Shown: positions 25,978 through 35,138 of the stretch, one piece after another
Numbering within the stretch: position 1 is the first letter of the stretch
Layout: the number at the start of each line of letters is the position of its first letter
Assembly: GCA_964505085.1 (NCBI GenBank)
Contig: CAZDGP010000001.1
Span: 20,581 to 84,580 of the forward strand
Source: an uncultured Thermoplasmatales archaeon
Lineage (GTDB): Archaea; Thermoplasmatota; SW-10-69-26; JACQPN01; CAZDGP01
Direction: 5' to 3'
Length of the DNA stretch: 64,000 bases
Translations under genes and position numbers: made by a program
The notes under the pieces: generated by a model
The model's database searches: none
Seen by the model: the letters and a program-made list of their open reading frames with translations, nothing else
Told to the model about the DNA's origin: nothing

Positions 25978-25980
25978 ACC

Positions 25981-26481
25981 ATGTGGGACCTCCTCACGAA
26001 GTACTTCCGCCGGTACCCTGCCCAGACGAAGGTGGCCCAGACCCTGCTCCGCCACGGCCTCCGCGTGGAGGAGGACGGCGTCTACTGCGGTGACATCGCC
26101 CTGCCCGACGCCGGGCTTGCCCGCGCCTGCAACGTCGACCGGCGCATCATCTCCAGCACGGTGGAGACGATCCTCGAGCAGGATGACCTCCGCCGCGTCT
26201 ACGAGAACCTCTCCCCCACGGTCCTCCTCAAGGACGCGGCACCCGAGATGGGGTGGGGGGTGCTGGAGATCGTGCCCACGGACGCCCACGAACCCGGGAT
26301 CCTCGCCCGGGTGGCCACGGTCATCGCCGCCCACGACGTGAGCATCCGGCAGGCCATCGTGGACGACCCGGACCTCGTGGACGAGCCTCGACTGTACATC
26401 GTTACCGAGGACCCCATCCCCATGGACGTCATCCCGGGTATCAAGGATGGACCCGGCGTGCGCTCCGTGGTGCTCCACTGA
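25981..26481 (+). CDS. ACT-domain regulator of amino-acid metabolism (wHTH-like N-terminus plus ACT), TrpY-like architecture
   Basis: 166 aa. N-terminal YPAQTKVAQTLLRHGLRV; C-terminal ACT-like block GVLEIVPTDAHEPGILARVATVIAAHDVSIRQAIV. Divergent from the aro operon. Confidence 0.7.
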   Translation: MWDLLTKYFRRYPAQTKVAQTLLRHGLRVEEDGVYCGDIALPDAGLARACNVDRRIISSTVETILEQDDLRRVYENLSPTVLLKDAAPEMGWGVLEIVPTDAHEPGILARVATVIAAHDVSIRQAIVDDPDLVDEPRLYIVTEDPIPMDVIPGIKDGPGVRSVVLH

Positions 26482-26690
26482 CGTTCGAGAAGGATCGGCG
26501 TGGGGAACCCCGGCTTCGCCGAGGCCACGGGAGCCGCAGGGTACCCGTGCCCATGCTCTCGTCCCCACGCCGTCGCGACCCCGGGGGAGGCGGGGTCGAC
26601 CCTGCGGCACGTGACTTGGGACGGACGCTTGGCATGAAGGTACCGGTCGCTCCATGGCGAACGCTTAAGTAGGCGGCGTCGTGGAGACGG

Positions 26691-26855
26691 TTACCCGTCC
26701 TCCACCAGGGCTCGGAACTCCGCAGGGTGACCGCACTTGGGACAGAAGGCGTTCAGGTGGGGGTCCAGGTCCGGCTCCGTACCCTCCCAGCCACAGGACT
26801 CGCACAGGAACTCGATGGGGTCGGTCACGGGCACACGAGAGCCCCCCGCAGTCAT
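26691..26855 (-). CDS. CPxCG-type zinc-finger microprotein (54 aa)
   Basis: Two Cys pairs, CESCG and CPKCG. ATG 26855 overlaps the kinase stop (ATGA). Confidence 0.6.
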   Translation of the reverse strand: MTAGGSRVPVTDPIEFLCESCGWEGTEPDLDPHLNAFCPKCGHPAEFRALVEDG

Positions 26856-28621
26856 GAGGCTTGCGTCGGATCCGGATCCGGCGCCGGCAACGTGAACCAC
26901 ACGGTGGTGCCCTCGCCGCGTTGGCTCTCGAGCCCCATGCTCCCCCCGTGGCGTTCCACCACCCGCCGAGCCACCGCGAGCCCCACCCCCGACCCGGGGA
27001 AGCGCTCGGGGTGGAGCCGCTCGAAGAGGCGGAAGACCCGCTCGTGGTGCCGGGGCTCGATGCCCATGCCGTCGTCCCGCACCTCGTACCGCACGAACCC
27101 GCCGTCCCTCCCCGCCACCACGCGGACCCGGGGGGCGTTACCGTCCTCGTGGAACTTGTACGCGTTCTCCAGGACCTCGTGGAGGAGGGAGCGCAGTTGA
27201 CGGGGATCAACCTCCACAGGGGGCAGGTCCCCATGGCCCACCACGTCCTCCACCCCGTCCTCCACCCCCAGGTCCGCCAGCACCCGCGCCACCATGCTCC
27301 GCACGTCCACCACGACCTCGCTCCGGACGTTCGTCGTCACCTCCGCGTAGCTCCGGAGCGCGTCGATGCGCTCCTGCAACCGCCTCACACCATCGAGGAT
27401 GAAGGCCAACCGCGCCCGCCCCTCCTCGCCGAGAGCATCCTCGTGGTGCCGCTCCAGGACCTGGCTGAAGCGGTTGATGTCCCGCAAAGGTTCCTGGAGG
27501 TTGTGGCTCGTCACGTACACCACCTGCTCGAGCTCCGCCCGACGCCCCGCCTCCTCCCGCGCCGCCTCCCGGAGCTCCGAGAGCTCCACCTGGTCCGTGA
27601 TGTCCATGGCGACGCCAGCCAACCAGACCACCTCCCCCTCCTCGTTCCGCACGGGGAAAGCCCTGTCCCGGATCCATCGCACCGACCCGTCGGGGCGGAC
27701 GACACGGTACCGGATGTCGTAGCGGCCCTCAGCCTGCAGGGGAACCTGCTCCTCGACGCGGTTCCGGTCGCCGGGATGGATCGCTTCCCTCCACTCACGG
27801 GGGTCATCCATGAGGTCCTCCACGGGCCTCCCCCAGACCGCCTCGTACCGGGGGGAGACGTACACCATCTCCTCCTTCTCGGGGTCGGTGAGCCAGAACA
27901 CCTCCTGGATGTGCTCCGTCATCTCCCGGAGCTGGGTCTCCGCGGTGCGGGCTCGCTCACGCTCATCCTCGAGTCTCCGGGCCAGGGCGGTGGTCTCGAG
28001 GAGGGCCTGGCGGCTCATCATGGCGGAGAGGATGACGGGGACCGTGATGAGGAGGAAGATGACCAGAGATCCCAGATCGAAGACCCAGTCGGCTCGCAGG
28101 AGGGGCACGCCCACGTGGAGCCCCAACCCTGCAAGGAACACCGTGGCCGTGGCGGGTGCTCCCAGGAGGAAGCTTGCGAGCACCACCGGCACCGGGAGAG
28201 CCATGAGGATGTACCGGGCGAGCTCCGGATCGAGGGTCATGGTCGCGAGGAACGTGAGGGCGCCCATCAGGTACCAGACCAGAAGGTGGCCACCTACCGT
28301 GGGCCGGGTGGTCCGGCCCAGGAGGAGGGCGGCGACGAGCACCGGGAGGAACAGAGCCACGAGGAAGCTCCCTGTATCCGCCAGGGAGGCGATCCGGAAC
28401 CCGCTCAGCACGAACTCCAGCACCAGCACCCCCGGGAAGAGGACCATGAGGAGGACCACGATGGTCTGCTGGAGGCGGACCCTGCGACGAAGGATGGGAT
28501 GCTCGATGTTCTCGTGGGGTTCCACGAGGTCCCGGATCCCCCTGGGGATCCAGGTGGGCTCCGGGGTCTCGGGATCGTCCAGGCTCTCCCCACCACCCCG
28601 CTCGAAGGTCCTCATCCTCAT
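26852..28621 (-). CDS. Membrane PAS sensor histidine kinase (orphan), paralogue of 3423-5162
   Basis: Multi-TM N-terminus, PAS block (EVFWLTDPEKEEMVYVSPRYEAVWG...WLAGVAMDITDQ), H-box VYVTSHNLQEPLRDI, HATPase DDGMGIEPRH / GSGVGLAVARRVVERHGG. Confidence 0.85.
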   Translation of the reverse strand: MRMRTFERGGGESLDDPETPEPTWIPRGIRDLVEPHENIEHPILRRRVRLQQTIVVLLMVLFPGVLVLEFVLSGFRIASLADTGSFLVALFLPVLVAALLLGRTTRPTVGGHLLVWYLMGALTFLATMTLDPELARYILMALPVPVVLASFLLGAPATATVFLAGLGLHVGVPLLRADWVFDLGSLVIFLLITVPVILSAMMSRQALLETTALARRLEDERERARTAETQLREMTEHIQEVFWLTDPEKEEMVYVSPRYEAVWGRPVEDLMDDPREWREAIHPGDRNRVEEQVPLQAEGRYDIRYRVVRPDGSVRWIRDRAFPVRNEEGEVVWLAGVAMDITDQVELSELREAAREEAGRRAELEQVVYVTSHNLQEPLRDINRFSQVLERHHEDALGEEGRARLAFILDGVRRLQERIDALRSYAEVTTNVRSEVVVDVRSMVARVLADLGVEDGVEDVVGHGDLPPVEVDPRQLRSLLHEVLENAYKFHEDGNAPRVRVVAGRDGGFVRYEVRDDGMGIEPRHHERVFRLFERLHPERFPGSGVGLAVARRVVERHGGSMGLESQRGEGTTVWFTLPAPDPDPTQAS

Positions 28622-28672
28622 AGTGGACCGTGAGGTGCGGGCTTGAAGGTTGCGCTGGTGCCCCTCCCGCCC

Positions 28673-29462
28673 CTACGCTTGGTCGCCGCGCGTCGCCGCC
28701 TTCATCGCCTCCACGAACCCTCGCACCTCCCCGGGGTCCACGCCCCGGGCGATGCGGTCCACGATGGCGCTCCCCACCACCACGCCATCGGCACCGGCCT
28801 CCCGGAGCGTCGCCGCGTGCTGGGGCTCGCTCACACCGAAGCCCACGGCCACCGGGGTGCCCCCGGCGTGCTTCCTGGCGCGCTGCACGAGGGCCCGGGT
28901 CCGGTCCTCGACGCGGGTGCGGGCGCCGGTGACGCCGAAGGTGCTCACGAGGTAGAGGAACCCGCCGGTGGCCGCCGCGAGGCGTTGGAAGCGTGCATCG
29001 CTGGTGGCGGGGCTCGCCAGCTGCACGAGGTCCAACCCCGCATCGTCCAACGCACCGCGGAGCGGCGTGGACTCCTCAAGAGGGAGATCGGGAACGATGA
29101 GGCCCGCGACGCCGGCGCCGGCTGCCGCCTCCGCGAAGGCGTCGAGGCCCCGGCGGTAGATGAGGTTGTAGTACGTCATGAGGACCACGGGTTGGGGGTG
29201 GTCCGCCGTGAGGTCCCGCGCCATGCGGAGGACATCGTCCACCCGGGTGCCGGCCTTCCGGGCACGTATCCCGGCCTGCTGGATGGTGGGGCCGTCGGCC
29301 ACGGGGTCGCTGAATGGGACACCAAGCTCCAGCACGTCGGCGCCACCCTCCAGGACGGCGCGAGCGTACGCGAGGCTCGCGTCCACGTCGGGGTCGCCGC
29401 CCATGACGTACCCCACGAAGGCCGCCTCGTCCTCCGGGAGGCCCCGGAAGGCCGTCTCGAGG

Positions 29463-29470
<8 letters not shown>
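28673..29470 (-). CDS. trpA: Tryptophan synthase alpha chain
   Basis: [18 protein letters not shown]; 265 aa. Confidence 0.92.
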
Positions 29471-30661
<1,191 letters not shown>

Positions 30662-30665
<4 letters not shown>

Positions 30666-31294
30666 GGGTTCACCTTGGCGTTGCGTGCGTTCCGAACGAA
30701 GGCCTGGACCTTGCTCGCGTGCTTCCCGTGGGGGCCCTCGAGGCCGCTGCTAGCGTCCACCCCCCAGGGGTCCACGTGGCGGATGGCCTCCGCCACGTTC
30801 TCGGGGGTGAGCCCCCCCGCGAGGATCATGGGCGTGGGGTGGAGGGCGTCCCTCAGCTCCACGGCGGCGTCGCGGTCCACGGGGGTGCCGGTGCCGCCGT
30901 ACCCGTCGTCGGTGCGGGTGTCCACGAGGACCGCGTCGGCTTCCGCCTCCGGGACCCCGTCCGCTGGGGTGGTGCCGAACCAGAGGTCCACGACGGGATG
31001 GTCCTTCCGGATGCCGTTGGCCGTGGCGGGGGCGACGCCGCGGTGGAGTTGGAGCACGTCGGGTTCCACGGTCCGGAGGATGCGCTGGAGCTGGTAGGGG
31101 TCGGTCTCCACGGTGACGGCGACCCCCCGCTGGTGGTCGCCCCGCAGAGCCAGGATGTCCCGGGCGGGTTCCAGGGGGAGGTTCCGGGGGCTCTTGGGGC
31201 TCCGGACCACGCACCCCACGGCGTCGGCGTGGCGGGCCATGCGAACCTCGTCGGGGGTGCGGAGACCGCAGACCTTCACCATGATCTCGCTCAT
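30662..31294 (-). CDS. trpF: Phosphoribosylanthranilate isomerase
   Basis: [13 protein letters not shown]...[10 protein letters not shown]. Confidence 0.88.
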
Positions 31295-32064
31295 GCCATC
31301 AGCTCCCGGAGCTTCGTCACGGGGTCCGCCGCCTCCATGAGCACCGTGCCCACGAGCACCGCGTCGGCGCCGGTCTCGAGCTGGCGTCGGACATCGCCGG
31401 GGGTCTCCACGCCGCTCAACGCCATGGTGGGGCGGTCGGTGCCGCAGGCTTCCAGAACGCGCCCTGTGCGCTCCCGGTCCATGGGGAGGTCGGGGTCCCG
31501 GAGGTCTCGGTTGTTCACGCCGAGGATGTCGGCGTCGGTGGCCTGCGCGGCCTCGTACCCGGGTTCGTCGTAGACCTCCAGAAGGACCTCGAGACCGCGG
31601 TGGTGGGCGGCGTCCACGGCCTCCTGGAGCCCCAACGGGACATCGTCGCGCTCGAGGAGGTCCAGGATGAGGAGGACGGCGCTGGCACCGCAGGCGGCGG
31701 CTGCGTCGAGCTGGCGGGCGTCCACCACGAAGTCCTTGAGGAGCGTGGGTCCGCCGGCGGCGGAGGCAGCCTCGAGGTTCCCGAGGCTCCCGTCGAAGAG
31801 GGTGGGTTCCGTGAGGACGCTCACGCCCCGGGCTCCGGCCTGGAGGAAGCCCATGGCGAGGGCTCCGGCATCGTGGTTCCCCGGGAACCGGCCGCGGGTG
31901 GGGCTTGCGGGCTTCACCTCGGCGACGATACCGACGCCCGGCTCCTCCAGCGCCATCGCGAGGCTCGGACCCGGGCGTCCCGCCGCATCGTCACGTGTGT
32001 AGAAGGCCTCGTCCACGGTGGCCTGGGCGGTGCGAGCCATGCGGGCGAGGAAGCTCCCGGTCAT
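31291..32064 (-). CDS. trpC: Indole-3-glycerol-phosphate synthase
   Basis: GIVAEVKPASPTRG, LGVNNRDL. Confidence 0.9.
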   Translation of the reverse strand: MTGSFLARMARTAQATVDEAFYTRDDAAGRPGPSLAMALEEPGVGIVAEVKPASPTRGRFPGNHDAGALAMGFLQAGARGVSVLTEPTLFDGSLGNLEAASAAGGPTLLKDFVVDARQLDAAAACGASAVLLILDLLERDDVPLGLQEAVDAAHHRGLEVLLEVYDEPGYEAAQATDADILGVNNRDLRDPDLPMDRERTGRVLEACGTDRPTMALSGVETPGDVRRQLETGADAVLVGTVLMEAADPVTKLRELMA

Positions 32065-33089
32065 GCCCGGAGGCTCCCCCCGGTGGCGTCGACGTACCGC
32101 TCCAGGGCATCTCTCGCCATCCCGTCGTCGATGATGCTCCGGGCCGCCTCGACGCCGTCGACCAGGTCCTTCGCCTGGTCACCTACCAGGAGGGCGGCCG
32201 CGGCGTTCATGAGCACCATGTCCCGGGGGGCGCCGTCGCGTCCCTCGAGGACGTCGAGGAAGAGCCGCGCGCTCGCCTTGGGCGGGAGCCCCGCGATGTC
32301 CTCGGCCTGATGCGTGGGCAGGTCGAAGCGCTCGGGCGTAACCTCGTACGCGTGGACGCTCCCGTCCTCCACCTCGGCGACGTGGGTGCGTCCCAGGGGG
32401 GAGATCTCGTCGAGGCCGTCGAGGCCGTGGACCACCATGGCGCGGTCCACACCGAGGTTGTTGAGAACGTGGGCCATGGGTTCCACGAGGTCGTCCTGGA
32501 AGACGCCCAGGACCTGCCCCTGGGCTCCCGCAGGGTTCGTGAGGGGTCCCAGGACGTTGAAGACGGTGCGGATCCCCAGCTCCCTGCGGGGTTCCACCGC
32601 GTGCTTCATGGCCGGGTGGAACCGGGGCGCGAAGAGGAACCCCACGCCCACGTCCTCCACCACCTGCTCCACGGCCGAGGGTTCGAGGTCGAGGTTGGCA
32701 CCCAGAGCCTCCAGGACGTCGGCGCTTCCGCAGGTGCTGGTGACGGCGCGGTTCCCGTGCTTGGCCACGGGGACACCGCCGCCAGCGGCGACGAAGGCGC
32801 TGAGCGTGCTGACGTTGAAGGTCTTCACGGGGGCGCCGCCGGTGCCGCAGGTGTCGATGAGTCGGCCATCCACCTGGGGCTGGATGAGGGCGCCGTGGTT
32901 GCGCATGCTGGCGGCGAACCCCGTGATCTCCTCCACTGTCTCGCCTTTGGCCCGGAGGGCCGTGAGGAGGCCTCCGAGGCGGATGGGATGCACCTCGCCG
33001 GTCATCACGGCGTCCATGAGGTGTTCGGCGTCCTTGCGGGGGAGGTCCTGTCCGTCCACGAGGCGTTCCAGGGCATCGTCGGGGTTCAT
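32061..33089 (-). CDS. trpD: Anthranilate phosphoribosyltransferase
   Basis: DTCGTGGAPVKTFNVST, KHGNRAVTSTCGSAD. Confidence 0.92.
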   Translation of the reverse strand: MNPDDALERLVDGQDLPRKDAEHLMDAVMTGEVHPIRLGGLLTALRAKGETVEEITGFAASMRNHGALIQPQVDGRLIDTCGTGGAPVKTFNVSTLSAFVAAGGGVPVAKHGNRAVTSTCGSADVLEALGANLDLEPSAVEQVVEDVGVGFLFAPRFHPAMKHAVEPRRELGIRTVFNVLGPLTNPAGAQGQVLGVFQDDLVEPMAHVLNNLGVDRAMVVHGLDGLDEISPLGRTHVAEVEDGSVHAYEVTPERFDLPTHQAEDIAGLPPKASARLFLDVLEGRDGAPRDMVLMNAAAALLVGDQAKDLVDGVEAARSIIDDGMARDALERYVDATGGSLRA

Positions 33090-33679
33090 GGCGTCATCTC
33101 CAGGAAGTTGCGTAGCAGGGTGGGACCGTCGGGGGTCAGGATGGACTCGGGATGGAACTGGACGCCCAGGAGGGGCTGGGTCCGGTGGCGCAACCCCATG
33201 ATCTCACCGTCGGGGCCGGTGGCTGTGACCTCGAGGCTCGCGGGGAGCGTGGAGGGGTCCACGACGAGGCTGTGGTACCGTCCCGCCTGGAAGGGCTCGG
33301 GGAGCCCCTGGAAGAGGCCGGTGGCCTCGTGGTGCACGGGGCTTGCCTTCCCGTGGACGAGGTGGGGGGCGTGAACGACCTTGGCTCCGTGGACGTGAGC
33401 GAGGCCCTGGAGGCCCAGGCACACCCCCAGCGTCGGCACGCCGGGGCTCATCTTCCGGATGACGGAGCCGCAGACGCCGAAGTCCCGGGGGTTGGCGGGG
33501 TGGCCGGGGCCGGGGCTCACGATGATGTGGGTGGGGTCGTGGTCCTGGGCTTCCTCGAGGGTGATGGCGTCGTTCCGCACCACGTGGACGTCGGCGCCCA
33601 GGCGGCCGGCGAGCTGGGCGAGGTTGTACGTGAAGCTGTCGTAGTTGTCCAGGAGGAGGACGCGGGGCGTAGCCGTCAC
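33086..33679 (-). CDS. trpG: Anthranilate synthase component II (glutamine amidotransferase)
   Basis: LLLDNYDSFTYNL, GVCLGLQG (catalytic Cys), GVQFHPES. GTG 33679 follows GGAGGGGG and overlaps the trpE stop (GTGA). Confidence 0.9.
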   Translation of the reverse strand: MTATPRVLLLDNYDSFTYNLAQLAGRLGADVHVVRNDAITLEEAQDHDPTHIIVSPGPGHPANPRDFGVCGSVIRKMSPGVPTLGVCLGLQGLAHVHGAKVVHAPHLVHGKASPVHHEATGLFQGLPEPFQAGRYHSLVVDPSTLPASLEVTATGPDGEIMGLRHRTQPLLGVQFHPESILTPDGPTLLRNFLEMTP

Positions 33680-35031
33680 GGAGCCCCCTCCCGGCGGATG
33701 CGTTCCGCGAGGTCCAGGAGCGCCGCCTGCTTGCTCCGGGTCTCCTCGTGCTCGGTTCGCGGGTCGCTGTCGGCCACGATGCCGGCGCCGGCCTGGACCG
33801 TGGCGGTGGTGCCGGCGCGGGTGAGGGTGCGGATGGTGATGGCGGTGTCGAGGTTCCCGTTGAGGCTCACGTACCCCACGCACCCCGCGTAGGGTCCGCG
33901 GGCGTGGGGTTCGAGGGTGTGGATGAGCTCCATAGCCCGCACCTTGGGGGCGCCGCTCACGGTGCCGGCGGGGAAGAGCGCGGCCAGGGCGTCCAACGCC
34001 CCGAGGTCCTTCCGCAGGTCGCCGGTGACGCGGCTTACGAGGTGCTGGACGTGGCTGTAGCGCTCCACCTCCATCATCTCGGGGACCTCCACGGTGCCGG
34101 TCTCGGCCACGCGCCCCACGTCGTTGCGGGCGAGGTCCACGAGCATGGCGTGCTCCGCGCGCTCCTTGGGATCGCTGAGGAGGTCCTCGGCGAGCTTGCG
34201 ACGCTCGGCTTCGGACTCCCCGAGGGGGCGCGTGCCGGCGATGGGGAAGGTCTCCACCTCGCCGGCCTCCACGCGGACGAGCATCTCGGGGCTTGCTCCC
34301 ACGATCTCCCGGTCGCCGAAGCGGACGTGGTACATGTAGGGGCTGGGGTTCAGCTCCCGGAGCGCAGCGTAGTAGGCGCTGAGGTCGCCCTCGAGCTGGA
34401 ACTGCGTGGCCCTGCTCAAGACCACCTGGAAGACCTCGCCGTCCCGGATGTTGCGCTTCGCCTCCTGGACGTTCTCCATGAAGGTCTTGGGGTCCGTCGT
34501 CTCCTGGGGTTCCCCCACGCGGAGGGAGGTCGAGGGGGGGTCCTGGCCTGCGAGCTCCTGGAAGAGGTCGCTGCGGTCCTCGCCGGTGTGGGTGAAGTAC
34601 GTGGTGGTGCCCTCCACGTGGTCCACCACGACACCGTCGAGGTAGAGGCCGAACTCGAGGTCCGGGAAGGGGGCGTCGTCCTCGTGTCGGGGGACGGTCT
34701 CGAGGTCGGTGACGAGCTCGTACCCGGCGTACCCCACGAGACCCCCGCGGAACCGGGGTCCGTGGTCCTCGACGCCGTGGTCGTCGATGACGCGTTGGAG
34801 GTAGTCGAGGGGCGCCTCGTGCTCCCGGGGGGCTGGGAGGTCCCCCTCCACCTCCAGGTTCCCCCGTTGGCTTCGCACCACGCCAGCGGGGTCGGCTCCC
34901 AGGAAGCTGTAACGCGCGAGGCGTTGGGGGCCCTCGGCGCTCTCCAGGAGGAAGCAGGCGTCGTGGGTGGCCTCGAGGTTGCGGAAGAGCCGCAGGGGCT
35001 GGGGTGGGCCGTCCAGAAGGCGCTGCTCCAT
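33676..35031 (-). CDS. trpE: Anthranilate synthase component I
   Basis: FQVVLSRATQFQ, GTVSGAPKVRAMELI. Start set to ATG 35031, 32 nt downstream of an ATTAAG TATA-like element. The track GTG at 35058 lies inside that element. Confidence 0.9.
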   Translation of the reverse strand: MEQRLLDGPPQPLRLFRNLEATHDACFLLESAEGPQRLARYSFLGADPAGVVRSQRGNLEVEGDLPAPREHEAPLDYLQRVIDDHGVEDHGPRFRGGLVGYAGYELVTDLETVPRHEDDAPFPDLEFGLYLDGVVVDHVEGTTTYFTHTGEDRSDLFQELAGQDPPSTSLRVGEPQETTDPKTFMENVQEAKRNIRDGEVFQVVLSRATQFQLEGDLSAYYAALRELNPSPYMYHVRFGDREIVGASPEMLVRVEAGEVETFPIAGTRPLGESEAERRKLAEDLLSDPKERAEHAMLVDLARNDVGRVAETGTVEVPEMMEVERYSHVQHLVSRVTGDLRKDLGALDALAALFPAGTVSGAPKVRAMELIHTLEPHARGPYAGCVGYVSLNGNLDTAITIRTLTRAGTTATVQAGAGIVADSDPRTEHEETRSKQAALLDLAERIRREGAP

Positions 35032-35057
35032 GGGGAACCAGAGTATGCATTGTACCA

Positions 35058-35063
35058 CTTAAT
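35058..35063 (-). promoter_or_regulatory. TATA-like ATTAAG of the trp operon
   Basis: Minus strand ...CTACGAAGGATTAAGTGG...; 32 nt to ATG 35031. Confidence 0.4.
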
Positions 35064-35064
35064 C

Positions 35065-35092
35065 CTTCGTAGAACGGAACCGTACAACGAAG
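35065..35092. promoter_or_regulatory. 28-nt imperfect palindrome (13+2+13, 11/13 symmetric) directly upstream of the trp TATA-like element
   Basis: cttcgtagaacgg-aa-ccgtacaacgaag. The right arm is the exact 13-mer of 25965-25977. Confidence 0.55.
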
Positions 35093-35138
35093 GAGGGGGA
35101 AGGGAAGGATGGAGAGGGAGGGCGTGCCTGGGGGTGGT

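Noticed and set aside
26659-26673. A BRE/TATA-like GAACGCTTAAGTAGG in the convergent 209-nt gap between the ACT regulator and the zinc-finger gene, which might suggest an antisense or ncRNA promoter.
   Set aside because: There is no downstream ORF or structured element on either strand. The CTTAAG core is palindromic and sits just past the 3' end of the minus-strand unit, so it could equally be a 3'-end signal. It is unresolved without transcript mapping.
35032-35058. GTG 35058 as the trpE start (track ORF).
   Set aside because: The GTG lies inside the TATA-like element. ATG 35031 has the 32-nt TATA spacing seen at other first genes, and the conserved TrpE N-terminus begins after it.
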